NCBI GenBank assembly: GCA_022712855.1 | Contig: JAFLJT010000320.1 | Location: 3,915-67,914 of the forward strand | DNA length: 64,000 bases | Source: Pseudodesulfovibrio sp. | GTDB taxonomy: Bacteria > Desulfobacterota > Desulfovibrionia > Desulfovibrionales > Desulfovibrionaceae | Direction: 5' to 3' | Shown here: positions 9,577 through 18,518 of the stretch, in pieces | How the letters are laid out: each line of letters opens with the position of its first letter | Numbering within the stretch: position 1 is the stretch's first letter | Program-made: the position numbers and the translations under genes | Notes under the pieces: model-generated | Told to the model about the DNA's origin: nothing | The model's database searches: none | What the model saw: the letters and a program-made list of their open reading frames with translations, nothing else

Positions 9577-9996
9577 ATGTCAGATCACTATACTTGCAAG
9601 GGATGCGGCGCGGATCCCCGTTACTTCGAACCATGCACCTGCCACGAGAAGCCGCTCTTCATTCCCATGAAGGCGGAATACTTCTGGGATTTTAATGATG
9701 GTAGCAAAACAAATGAGTACCGCCTCGACGGTCCCCGGTGGAATGCGCACACCTGCAGCCCTGGGCGCGCCGTTACCTTGTCCCTTGGATACGGCAAAGA
9801 AAAGAGGCTCCGAGGCCGTGTGCGCGATTTCTCGACCATATCCTTTTATGATCTTCCTACCAGGTGGCGTCGGGCATTCAGGCTTTGCTATGGCCCGAAG
9901 CTCGGTCGCTCCATTGGCCGGGCCACCATCGCCCGCATAGGCATCGACGTTTTCGGGCCAAGGTTCATCAACCCCATGGTGACCTCCACCGCATAA
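9577..9996 (+). CDS. ASCH/PUA-like domain protein
   Basis: PLFIPMKAEYF..F.DGSKTNEYR matches the ASCH GxKxxExR motif. Confidence 0.6.
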   Translation: MSDHYTCKGCGADPRYFEPCTCHEKPLFIPMKAEYFWDFNDGSKTNEYRLDGPRWNAHTCSPGRAVTLSLGYGKEKRLRGRVRDFSTISFYDLPTRWRRAFRLCYGPKLGRSIGRATIARIGIDVFGPRFINPMVTSTA

Positions 9997-10150
9997 CATC
10001 TCCGCCATAGCCCCCTGGCCCTAGCCGTCGTCCTGGATCCTCCGTCACTCCAGGGCGGCGGCTTCTCTTTTGTTTGTGAATGTGTGGATATTTTACGCGC
10101 ACGCATGTGCCCGGGCGCGTCGCGAGGAAGGGGACTTCTAACAATCGTAA

Positions 10151-10457
10151 GGGGGGTACGGAAAACTGTAATAAATGTAATATCGTTTTTGAAACCCTTG
10201 GAAAGCTATGAGTACCAACGGCTAGAGCTGATTATGAAAACGTAATAAATATGTAATTAAAGTGTAATATTATTACAGTATTTATATTACATTTCTATAA
10301 AAACTAAGTAGCTATAATAATTACATATTACATTTCACATTACACTTGTTTACAAAAATATTACATTTTGACAGCACCCATGAAAACCAAGTACCATGCG
10401 GGTTCCCGGCTGATTGATGAATTCATATTACATTTATTACACTTTTCCGTAGCCCCC
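10151..10457. repeat. Candidate phage replication origin: AT-rich, converging TGTAAT/ATTACA iterons bounded by 33-bp inverted repeats
   Basis: 10151-10183 matches the reverse complement of 10425-10457 at 31/33; many internal iterons. Confidence 0.65.
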
Positions 10458-10485
10458 TCCCACGCTGGGGGAAAGGATTACCCCC

Positions 10486-10695
10486 ATGCAGGCAGGCGAT
10501 TACCTTCTCGTTGATGGAATTTCTGTAAGGATTAAGCGGACTAGCGACAGGTTTGTCGTGTTGGAAACGGGCGCGCAGCTGACGCACGACCAGGCGGGGA
10601 AGTATAAATGCAGCGCAGAAGGCAGATTTGTTGCCTGCGAGAAGGCGCGACAGATAGGAAAAACGGAAACAGCAAGACAGCTGGGCTTGATTTAG
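10486..10695 (+). CDS. Hypothetical protein
   Basis: AAGGA RBS, 69 aa. Confidence 0.4.
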   Translation: MQAGDYLLVDGISVRIKRTSDRFVVLETGAQLTHDQAGKYKCSAEGRFVACEKARQIGKTETARQLGLI

Positions 10696-10823
10696 TTTGA
10701 CTATATTCAATCGCAGGGCATCCATTTAGCATACCAGCACATCCAATAGAAATGCGTCCATATCTTTGACGCATAAGCATTGCTTTATGGCAATGAATAC
10801 CCCACACCCTATTGGAGAAACTC

Positions 10824-11003
10824 ATGCTCGACCGGAAAACAATTACTCACGATGAAGCCTTAAACAAACTTTCTTTAGTGGCCCACAGCCTCAAGTTCAT
10901 ATCAACCCAAAAGGAGGGAACTGAGCTGGGGTCTTTACTGGAACTCCTCGGCTACAACCTGGCGGAATGTCTTCTGGCTCTGGATCCACCGCAAAGCATA
11001 TAA
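10824..11003 (+). CDS. Small protein, paralog of 13154-13306
   Basis: GGAG RBS; shared pattern ALN.LSLV.HSL...LGSLL.LL...L..CL.ALD. Confidence 0.65.
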   Translation: MLDRKTITHDEALNKLSLVAHSLKFISTQKEGTELGSLLELLGYNLAECLLALDPPQSI

Positions 11004-11006
11004 ATG

Positions 11007-11045
11007 AAAAAGCCCCGGCAACGATGACTCGCTGCCGGGGCTTTT
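11007..11045. terminator. Bidirectional intrinsic terminator
   Basis: AAAAAGCCCCGGCA...TGCCGGGGCTTTT between convergent genes. Confidence 0.75.
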
Positions 11046-11057
11046 CTGTTGTTGCTG

Positions 11058-11465
11058 CTACGCGGCCTGTTTCTTTTGCGCCATTTCCTTGGCTGCCATA
11101 GCAAGATATTCCGATCTATCCATATCCAGATTCGCCGCCGCCTGGTCAATGATCGCCAGATCCGATTCGGTGAAGCTGACGTTCTTGCGTACCCGCTTCA
11201 CCTTGTCGGCGATGACAACCAGGGTGACGGAATGGAACTCCTCCTGTCCGGTCACTTCGTCATGGATCTCGGCGAAGCTGCGCGAAGTCGGGATCTCGTC
11301 GCCGTCCTCTTTGCTGGCATCCAGCCACACAAACATGGCGTCCTTCAGCATGGCGTCCAACACTTCCAGGCTATCCGCTTGTGTTATACATCCCGGCAGA
11401 TCCGGGAACTCGGCATAATAGCCGCCTTCTTCGGCCTCAAATATGGCCGCGTAATACATAGTCAT
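11058..11465 (-). CDS. hicB: HicB-family antitoxin
   Basis: YYAEFPDLPGCITQAD N-terminal motif and a C-terminal RHH (RKNVSF...DRSEYL). Confidence 0.9.
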   Translation of the reverse strand: MTMYYAAIFEAEEGGYYAEFPDLPGCITQADSLEVLDAMLKDAMFVWLDASKEDGDEIPTSRSFAEIHDEVTGQEEFHSVTLVVIADKVKRVRKNVSFTESDLAIIDQAAANLDMDRSEYLAMAAKEMAQKKQAA

Positions 11466-11529
11466 GCGCTAACTCCTTTATGTCTATGGTAGTCAATCAA
11501 TCCGGTCCACGCTCCGGGAGGCCGGGGGC

Positions 11530-11727
11530 CTAAGCCCCCTTTCTCAGTTTGACTCCTGTAGTCCGTTCAATGTTTTTCAGGGTTCCGATCTTGATCTCGC
11601 CTTTGGGGATGGTTGCCTTTCCGGGCTTGTCGGGATGCCTCATCATGGTGTGGCTTCCCTTGCCTCGGCCCTTCATGGTTTCCCATCCGGCCTTTGCCAA
11701 TCTCTGTATGATTTCCCTGTCGTTCAT
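11530..11727 (-). CDS. hicA: HicA-family mRNA interferase toxin
   Basis: L...GW...KGSH..MRHP...GTLKNI motif. Confidence 0.9.
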   Translation of the reverse strand: MNDREIIQRLAKAGWETMKGRGKGSHTMMRHPDKPGKATIPKGEIKIGTLKNIERTTGVKLRKGA

Positions 11728-11785
11728 GTGTATAAGATACACACGCCATAGAGTCAAGTCAAGCCTTTATGTGTAAAAAATACAC
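11728..11785 (-). promoter_or_regulatory. hicAB promoter with two GTGTA-N5-TACAC operators; probably leaderless
   Basis: Palindromes at 11728-11742 and 11771-11785; TTGACT-17-TATCTT ends 6 nt before the ATG. Confidence 0.55.
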
Positions 11786-11860
11786 ACAATGTCAAGTTTC
11801 TCACAGGCAACAAAAAACATGATACCGGATTAGCTATAACTCAACTCGGAGGAATCCTAC

Positions 11861-12673
11861 ATGCGTTGGAAAATTGTTTTGTTGTTTGCCCTATGCTTTT
11901 TCAGCTTTGGTTTTTGGGGTGGTGATGACGCCGACATGTCCGGCCCCGGCTTCAAAGAAATTCGCGCAACATGGAATAAACACTACCCCACAAAAACATG
12001 GGAAGCCGCCGGACTCTGTGGAGGGCTTGCTGTTCTTGTTAATGGAGACGTTCCTTATTGGGTTGACTCCGATGGGAAGGTATATGCGGCCAATGGTTGG
12101 ACCCGTTCATTTTCTCCCAATATCCCTTATTCCCCGACTATCGCCGAGGCTAGTGACATTGAGACTGTTATCAAAAATAAAATCCCCGTCCCTTCAGGGT
12201 GGGCAATTCACTCCAAACTCCCTGAGAAAACTTTGGGAATTTCAGAAAAGGAATTGGTTCAAAAAACAAATCAATTGCTCAAGGAGATGGATAGAATACA
12301 AGAATTAAAGAAGTTGACGCCAGGAGGTGATCCGGTTCCTGGATGGTATCATGATGGCTTGGCAGATATTGCGATCCATTTTGAATCCAACTCAAAGGGA
12401 CTCGCCCGGGTTTCAATTCTTGCCAAAGGCAGAGGCAAGGACAACAGACATTTATCAGCTATGATTATTGCCATGACTATGGCCTGTTCATCAAAAACAA
12501 CTGAGGAAGCACAAGCCATTTTATTTGATCTATTTCCATGGGCCAAAGAACATAATGGACAAACGGCTTTTGGCTACAATGGCAACAAAAAATATTCATT
12601 CACTAAATATGGGGAAGGCGCCGGGAATTTTATGCGCTATGAGATTTCTGCGGAGCCTGCCCCCTCAACTTGA
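11861..12673 (+). CDS. Exported/periplasmic hypothetical protein (moron-like)
   Basis: Signal-peptide-like N-terminus, GGAGG RBS, more AT-rich than its neighbours. Confidence 0.7.
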   Translation: MRWKIVLLFALCFFSFGFWGGDDADMSGPGFKEIRATWNKHYPTKTWEAAGLCGGLAVLVNGDVPYWVDSDGKVYAANGWTRSFSPNIPYSPTIAEASDIETVIKNKIPVPSGWAIHSKLPEKTLGISEKELVQKTNQLLKEMDRIQELKKLTPGGDPVPGWYHDGLADIAIHFESNSKGLARVSILAKGRGKDNRHLSAMIIAMTMACSSKTTEEAQAILFDLFPWAKEHNGQTAFGYNGNKKYSFTKYGEGAGNFMRYEISAEPAPST

Positions 12674-12796
12674 CAACACCCCACCCGGTATGGCTTACTT
12701 CCTTCACGGTGCTCGTAACACCTAACAGGCGGTAGCCACACCCGTAAGAAGTGGTTTTTTTGCGCCCGACGGAGGGGGCAAACGGCATTTATACTT

Positions 12797-12939
12797 TGCC
12801 GGGTGGAGATGAAATACAACATCCGTTAGTTGACGGGAGAGAATGTGCAAGGGCATGCATAGCCCTTTTCTCCCCCACAACCATGTCAGCAACGGAGAAT
12901 ACGTCTGCAGTTCCTGTAGCTGTTACGAACCACCCGGCA
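12797..12939 (+). ncRNA. C4/CI-like antisense RNA
   Basis: Closing stem TGCCGGGTGG/CCACCCGGCA; internal CCTGTAGCTGTTACGAA complementary to sites at 12713-12729 and 12962-12977. Confidence 0.6.
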
Positions 12940-12986
12940 TTTTGCTTTTCGCAAAGCGCCATCGTAAAAAGTATAGGAGACCTATC

Positions 12987-13157
12987 ATGGCACAAGCCAC
13001 CATCCCCAACACTGTTGAAGATCTTCTCGACGTAGCCGAGAACCTGGACACCCTGCGCAAGTTCGTGGACCCTGCAGAGTCCGTGGCGCTGGATTTCTTT
13101 TCCGGCAAGCTGCTGGACAGCGCGATGGAAATAGAAGCGCGGGAGGTCACAGCATGA
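12987..13157 (+). CDS. Small protein downstream of the C4-like RNA
   Basis: AGGAG RBS overlapped by the antisense target; MAQATIPNT... Confidence 0.6.
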   Translation: MAQATIPNTVEDLLDVAENLDTLRKFVDPAESVALDFFSGKLLDSAMEIEAREVTA

Positions 13158-13306
13158 CCGCCCAGGACGCATTGAACAGATTGTCCCTAGTCCAACATTC
13201 ACTTCGCCACCTTTCGGACGCCCTAAGCTGCGTCGGCCTCGGATCCCTGTTACGGCTCCTGTCCGACGATCTGGAAGGATGTCTTGAGGCGCTGGATAAA
13301 GAATAG
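13154..13306 (+). CDS. Small protein (50 aa, not in ORF track), paralog of 10824-11003
   Basis: GGAGG RBS; MTAQDALNRLSLVQHSLRHLSDALSCVGLGSLLRLLSDDLEGCLEALDKE. Confidence 0.65.
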   Translation: MTAQDALNRLSLVQHSLRHLSDALSCVGLGSLLRLLSDDLEGCLEALDKE

Positions 13307-13320
13307 AAGAAACAACGAGA

Positions 13321-13352
13321 GAAGCCCCGGTTTAGGCCGGGGCTTCTTCTTT
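13321..13352. terminator. Intrinsic terminator
   Basis: GAAGCCCCGG-TTTAGG-CCGGGGCTTC followed by a T-rich tract. Confidence 0.65.
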
Positions 13353-13592
13353 TTGAAAGAGGGATGATTGCTGGTCAGGTTGTGTCTCGCGGATCCGCCT
13401 ACGCAGTTCCTCCGGTAGGTTGAGAGCTGAAGGGCTGAGAGAGTGAGAAAATTCTACATTGACCACGAAGGTGTGACCGCACTCCGGATCCTTGCAAGCG
13501 CAATACGCCTGTTTGATGGACGGGTCCATTTCGTTGGATGTGGTGATGACGGCCACCTTTCCGCATGTAGGGCAGTGAACTCGAAAGGCCAT
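13332..13592 (-). CDS. ogr: Ogr/Delta-like Zn-finger late activator
   Basis: CPTCG...YCAC...ECGHTF...HSLSPS. Confidence 0.9.
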   Translation of the reverse strand: MAFRVHCPTCGKVAVITTSNEMDPSIKQAYCACKDPECGHTFVVNVEFSHSLSPSALNLPEELRRRIRETQPDQQSSLFQKEEAPA

Positions 13593-13613
13593 TGTGTTTT
13601 CCTCGCTGATTCA

Positions 13614-14603
13614 TCACATTGCCTGTTTTCCACTTTCCTGGTCAAACGATATCCAATCCTTTGACAACAGCACATCATTAACCAGCTCGGCCAGGTGGTC
13701 CTGGATCGGTCGTATTTCATTGCGCTGGTACACGGCGTCCGCTTTTTCGATATCACCGAAGCCGCTTTGGTTCTGGGGAATGAGACAGGCCAGGGCAGGA
13801 GGTAGTCGGTGGGCGGCGATGATGTCATCGCGCGAAAGATTTTTAATTTTCTCCAGCTCATCTTTTGTTGAGAAGTCGCCGACCGGAAGGATCTTGATGC
13901 TGTCCGCCGTGCCGTCGGGAATGTGGACATACATGGATCGGAAGTTGCCCACGCCCTTGGTCCCTTTGATTTTCTCCTTCAGGGCGTCCTGGTGTTCCTT
14001 CTCCAGATTGCCGGAGGAATAAAACACATAGCCCATGTGAGCGCCGTTTTTGTAATACTTGCGCCGGAAAAGCGTTGCGTCCTCGTTGAGGAGCATGGAC
14101 TGGATCGCGCCCAGGTATCCGGGGAGCCCATAAATTCCCTGGCTGACATCATAGTTTTTAAGGTGCAGGATTTCGCCCTTCTTAAATTCGACCAGCTCCC
14201 CCTGGATCTGCAGCATGCAATAGGTATCCGGTTCTTTCATTCGCCGCATATTGATGGCGGGCAGATGAACCAGCTTTACCACTTCGCCGAAGGAGTTTCG
14301 TATCTTCTGGAAGTAGGCATTCAGGAAGGTGTTGTAATCGGTTGATGCTGCCATCATAGCCAAACGAGAAACGGCAAGGGATTTTTTGAAGCCACTCATG
14401 ACCTGGTTGGTTTTGAATTCGATGGCCGGGCCATGGTAGGCATTGGCGCGAAGCAATCGGGCCAGCCCCTTCAAGGGCACAGGCGTCTCGAAATATCGAC
14501 CATTGTCCCAAAGGAATACACCGAGATTGTCATAGACAGATCCGGCCAGGACCTCTTCGGGGTCACCAAAGGAAAAAGCGAAAGGTTCTTTGGACTCGCT
14601 CAT
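13614..14603 (-). CDS. Portal protein (P2 gpQ/PBSX family)
   Basis: YGLPGY...LLNEDATLFRRKYYKNGAH, AHRLPP, GFGD. Confidence 0.92.
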   Translation of the reverse strand: MSESKEPFAFSFGDPEEVLAGSVYDNLGVFLWDNGRYFETPVPLKGLARLLRANAYHGPAIEFKTNQVMSGFKKSLAVSRLAMMAASTDYNTFLNAYFQKIRNSFGEVVKLVHLPAINMRRMKEPDTYCMLQIQGELVEFKKGEILHLKNYDVSQGIYGLPGYLGAIQSMLLNEDATLFRRKYYKNGAHMGYVFYSSGNLEKEHQDALKEKIKGTKGVGNFRSMYVHIPDGTADSIKILPVGDFSTKDELEKIKNLSRDDIIAAHRLPPALACLIPQNQSGFGDIEKADAVYQRNEIRPIQDHLAELVNDVLLSKDWISFDQESGKQAM

Positions 14604-14620
14604 GGAAGCTCCTGATTGCG

Positions 14621-16396
14621 TCATGCTATGACGACCTTCTGTTTATGTTTCGTATTCAGCGGCTCATTACAGAGCGCGTGCATGATGGCCCAGGCCACAT
14701 CCGCGTGCCCGGTGGCGGCGGTTCTACCGGCCGAGTAGGTAATCATGTCGTTGCCAGTGGTTCCCTGGCGGATAGTGAGGAAGGCGTGGGCAATGTCACT
14801 CTGCGCCATATCCCATTCGATACGGCCATTTTCGATAACGTCTTTCGCCTTCAGGACAAGGGACGTTTTGGTGGCGACGCTGTAATAAATGGGGAGAGCC
14901 GCTGGGAAAAATGCCTTTACTGATTCAAAGACACCAGCACCGGGGCCAGTGATATCCACACCGAGATGAACGAAGTTATATTTTTTGGTCAGCTTTTCGA
15001 TTTGTCCGGCTTGCCAGGAATAGGATTTGTTCACCCATTTATAACGAGCAAGTATCCTGAATTTACCGTCTGGATCTGGCGACGGAGCGACAATGACGAA
15101 AGAGGCATCATCCCTGTTACGGCTCGGATCATATCCACCCCATACCGGGTAATTGTCGAAGGGCCTGTCGGCATCGATGTCGAAGTCGTCCCAATCTTCG
15201 GGATCGGCATAACACGCTTCCAGGTTGTTCAAGCGGAACACGGCCTGCAGGTTGTCCACGAACTTGCACATGTAAAGGTTGCGGTATTCGTCGGCGCTGT
15301 ATTCGAGCTTCAGCTCCTCAATATCGAAGAGGTCGCAGCCGCCCTTTTCTGCATCGTCCAGGGTAATGATTTTACGCCAGACTTTATCCGGGCAAAGAAC
15401 TCCGGCTTGCATTTCCTTGAAGCTGGGAAACTCTTTCCGCTTGTTCTTTGTCTTCCATCTCCGGTTGAACAGATCCCCCGTCCATCGTGCATAGCCTTCA
15501 TGGGTGACTGCAGACGGCGTCGAGAATAGAGTGCGGCGCCATTTTTTATGGGAGGCCATTGCGGAAGCGACGGTATAGAGTTCCTCGAACTTCGAGATCC
15601 AGAAATATTCGTCAATGTAGACATGCCCGTGGTGGGATTGTGCCGACTTGGAATTGGTAGAAAGAAATATAAGGCTGGCTTTTTTATCCCCAGCTGTATG
15701 CAGGATAATTTCATCCGAGCCTTTCAGCTCAATATCAAACTTCTCTTTTGCAATGGCGATGATGTACCGCCGAAAGACATCGGCCTGGCGACGTGTGGCG
15801 GAAATGAATATCTGATTGTCGCCAGTGAGGCAGGCGTCTTCGAAGGCTTCCTGGGCAAAGTACCAGGTCGCGCCGATCTGGCGAGACTTCAGGATATTAC
15901 GATTGCGACACGTCTTCGGATTGAGCTTCGCCTGGCGCAGCTCGTGCTGATATTCATAATAGTGTTTATGGAACTTTTCTTCGAAGTCTTTGGCAGTGAG
16001 ATGGGAGACATCGTTCTTGATGATCTTCCCGCGCTTCCTGTTGGGCTTGCGCTTCCGGCCTCCGACAATGGGCTTGCCCGCGTCGCGTTCCTCGTTGGCT
16101 GCCTCCATCTCGCGCACATGCATCTCGCGCAGGCGCAGCTGGTGGTCGAGAAGCCTGTCCATTTCCTTCAGCTCGCCGTCGCTTTTATCATCACGACCAA
16201 CAAGCAGGACATAGCGCCGGGCAACACACTCTAAAGCCGATTCATTGGACAGCATATCATCCCAGTGGCCGACATCCCGCCAATGGTAAACCGTCCGTTT
16301 TGGGACTTTCAAAGTCTTGTAAATTTCGCCGACCTTGTTGCCCTTCAGATAAAGGGACTTGGCGGCTTGTATTACCTCATCTGTATGCTGTGCCAT
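14621..16396 (-). CDS. Terminase ATPase subunit (P2 gpP-like)
   Basis: RNILKSRQIGATWYFA, DEYFW, FSTPS, GHADVAWA. Confidence 0.95.
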   Translation of the reverse strand: MAQHTDEVIQAAKSLYLKGNKVGEIYKTLKVPKRTVYHWRDVGHWDDMLSNESALECVARRYVLLVGRDDKSDGELKEMDRLLDHQLRLREMHVREMEAANEERDAGKPIVGGRKRKPNRKRGKIIKNDVSHLTAKDFEEKFHKHYYEYQHELRQAKLNPKTCRNRNILKSRQIGATWYFAQEAFEDACLTGDNQIFISATRRQADVFRRYIIAIAKEKFDIELKGSDEIILHTAGDKKASLIFLSTNSKSAQSHHGHVYIDEYFWISKFEELYTVASAMASHKKWRRTLFSTPSAVTHEGYARWTGDLFNRRWKTKNKRKEFPSFKEMQAGVLCPDKVWRKIITLDDAEKGGCDLFDIEELKLEYSADEYRNLYMCKFVDNLQAVFRLNNLEACYADPEDWDDFDIDADRPFDNYPVWGGYDPSRNRDDASFVIVAPSPDPDGKFRILARYKWVNKSYSWQAGQIEKLTKKYNFVHLGVDITGPGAGVFESVKAFFPAALPIYYSVATKTSLVLKAKDVIENGRIEWDMAQSDIAHAFLTIRQGTTGNDMITYSAGRTAATGHADVAWAIMHALCNEPLNTKHKQKVVIA

Positions 16397-16508
16397 GCAG
16401 TATCAATACATTGCTACTACATAGTAAGCCCCTTATTCTATTCCGATTTTATGCCAATCGGAATCCATATTGTTGCTTCTAATATCCTTGCGCGCGTATT
16501 CTTGCGGC

Positions 16509-17405
16509 ATGAAATTTACTACCGATTGGAAAAAGATTGGACAGTCCGGCCCCACTATGGATGGCCGCGAGATCGACCCCGCGTGGTTGCAAGAAGCCGC
16601 CGAGGCGTATGATCCCGCAACGTACACCGCTGTTATCTGGATCGACCATTACCGTTTTTGGGGAAACCAGGGAAAGGTGGTTGAACTCAAAGCCGTTGAG
16701 GAAGACGGAGTTGTCAGCCTGTATGCACGGCTGCAGCCCAATGAGCACCTGCTTTCCTGGAACAAGGAAAACCAGAAGTTGTTTACTTCTATGGAACTGA
16801 CCCCCGATTTCGCCAAGTCCGGCAAGTGTTACCTGTCCGGCCTGGCCGTCACTGACACCCCCGCCAGCCTCGGAACTCACGAACTCCATTTCTCCCATCG
16901 CAAGCAAAACCCTACTGACCTTTTCCTGTGCGGCGTCGAACTCGGCGACCTGGAGGAAGGAGGCCAAAAGGATTCCCTTATGCCCCAGTGGTTCACCAAC
17001 TGGCTGGAGGATAAGGGGAAAGACATTCCCAACAACCAGGGGGCAACCCCCGAACCTGAAGAGGATCCCATGGATGCAAAACAGTTTTCTAAAGTAATGG
17101 ACGGCCTCGATTCCATCGCCGCCCGCCAGGAGACACTTGAAAAACAGTTCTCCGCGCTGAATCCCGAAAAGGATGAAGAAGGCAAAGGCCCCGCCGCTGG
17201 TGCCATTCCCGAAGAAGGTGGTGGCAGCTCCTTTTCCACAGAGCTGTCCGAAGCCATGAAGCCCTTCAGCGATAAGCTGGACGGTATGAAGGATGAGTTC
17301 TCCGGCCAGATCGATGCCCTGACCCAGCGCTTCGAAAAAGCCAACCCCGGCACCGCCGCCCCTGAAACCATAATCCCCGCCGCCGCTGGCGTGGGCATCG
17401 CGTAG
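16509..17405 (+). CDS. Capsid scaffolding protein (gpO-like)
   Basis: G.T.DGREI, YLSGLAVTDTPASLGT. Confidence 0.92.
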   Translation: MKFTTDWKKIGQSGPTMDGREIDPAWLQEAAEAYDPATYTAVIWIDHYRFWGNQGKVVELKAVEEDGVVSLYARLQPNEHLLSWNKENQKLFTSMELTPDFAKSGKCYLSGLAVTDTPASLGTHELHFSHRKQNPTDLFLCGVELGDLEEGGQKDSLMPQWFTNWLEDKGKDIPNNQGATPEPEEDPMDAKQFSKVMDGLDSIAARQETLEKQFSALNPEKDEEGKGPAAGAIPEEGGGSSFSTELSEAMKPFSDKLDGMKDEFSGQIDALTQRFEKANPGTAAPETIIPAAAGVGIA

Positions 17406-17413
17406 GGGATACC

Positions 17414-18445
17414 ATGAAAGAATCTACTCGCCTTATGTTCGCCCAGCTCTGTGTAATGATGGGCCAGGCTTACAACGTCGAAGACGTCACTAAAGAATTC
17501 ACCGTAAGCCCTTCCATGGAGCAGACGCTCCAGGACAAGATCGTTGAGCAGTCCGAATTCCTCGGCAAGATCAACGTCGTCCATGTCCGCGACAAGACCG
17601 GACAGGTCATTCTCGGCTATGCCAGTGGCCCGGCTTCTGGTCGTGTTGATACTTCTGGAGCAGGAGAACGCACTCCCAAGGACCTCCTCGGTCTGGATCC
17701 CATGGATTACCAGCTCCACAAAACCAACTCCGATGTATATCTGCGCTACGACACCATCGACGCCTGGGCGCGATTTAAGGATCTGCCCATCCGTTATACC
17801 GGATATGTGCAGAAACGCATCGCCAACGACCGCGAAATCATCGGCTGGTATGGCGAATCCGCTGCCGCCGACACCAACCTGGTTAACTTCCCGCTTATGC
17901 AGGATGTCAACAAGGGCTGGATGCAGGCCATGCGCGACAACAAGGCCGGGAATATCATCACCGAAGGTGCCACTGCCGGAGCAATCCGCATCGGTGCTGG
18001 CGGCGACTACGCAAATCTGGATGACGCCGTTTCCGACATGATCCAGGGCATCCCCAAATTCCTTCGCGCGGGCCTCGTTGTCTATGTAGGCGACGAACTT
18101 GTCTCCAAGGAACATGCCGCCCTTTACAAATCCATTGGATCCACCCCTTCCGAAAAGGTCCTGGCGACTGCGTCCATGTCCATGATCGGTGGCCTCCCCT
18201 GGGAAACCCCGACCAACTTCCCCGGTCGCGGCCTTGTCATCACCACCCCGGAGAATCTCTCCATCTACGTCCAGGAAGACACCTGGCGCAGACAGGTTGA
18301 AGACAATCCGAAGAAGGACCGCATCGACGATTTCAACAGCCGCAACGAGGGTTACGTTGTTGAAGTCCTCGAACAGTTTGTGGCCCTGGAATTCAAAGAC
18401 GACAACGTCAAGGTACCCAACGCAGCCGGAGACGGCTGGGAATAA
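17414..18445 (+). CDS. Major capsid protein (P2 gpN family)
   Basis: F.VSPS.EQ.L, PLMQDVNKGW, NLSIY.Q, NEGYVVE. Confidence 0.95.
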   Translation: MKESTRLMFAQLCVMMGQAYNVEDVTKEFTVSPSMEQTLQDKIVEQSEFLGKINVVHVRDKTGQVILGYASGPASGRVDTSGAGERTPKDLLGLDPMDYQLHKTNSDVYLRYDTIDAWARFKDLPIRYTGYVQKRIANDREIIGWYGESAAADTNLVNFPLMQDVNKGWMQAMRDNKAGNIITEGATAGAIRIGAGGDYANLDDAVSDMIQGIPKFLRAGLVVYVGDELVSKEHAALYKSIGSTPSEKVLATASMSMIGGLPWETPTNFPGRGLVITTPENLSIYVQEDTWRRQVEDNPKKDRIDDFNSRNEGYVVEVLEQFVALEFKDDNVKVPNAAGDGWE

Positions 18446-18518
18446 CCTTCCTTGATTTGCACAAGGGGGAGGCGGCTTGTCCGTCTCCCCCACCCATAAA
18501 CCTATGGAGGAGTGAACG

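Noticed and set aside
10151-10457. MITE or Tn3-like element suggested by GGGG-starting inverted repeats
   Set aside because: No target-site duplication is visible and the interior consists of the same iterons; an origin fits better.
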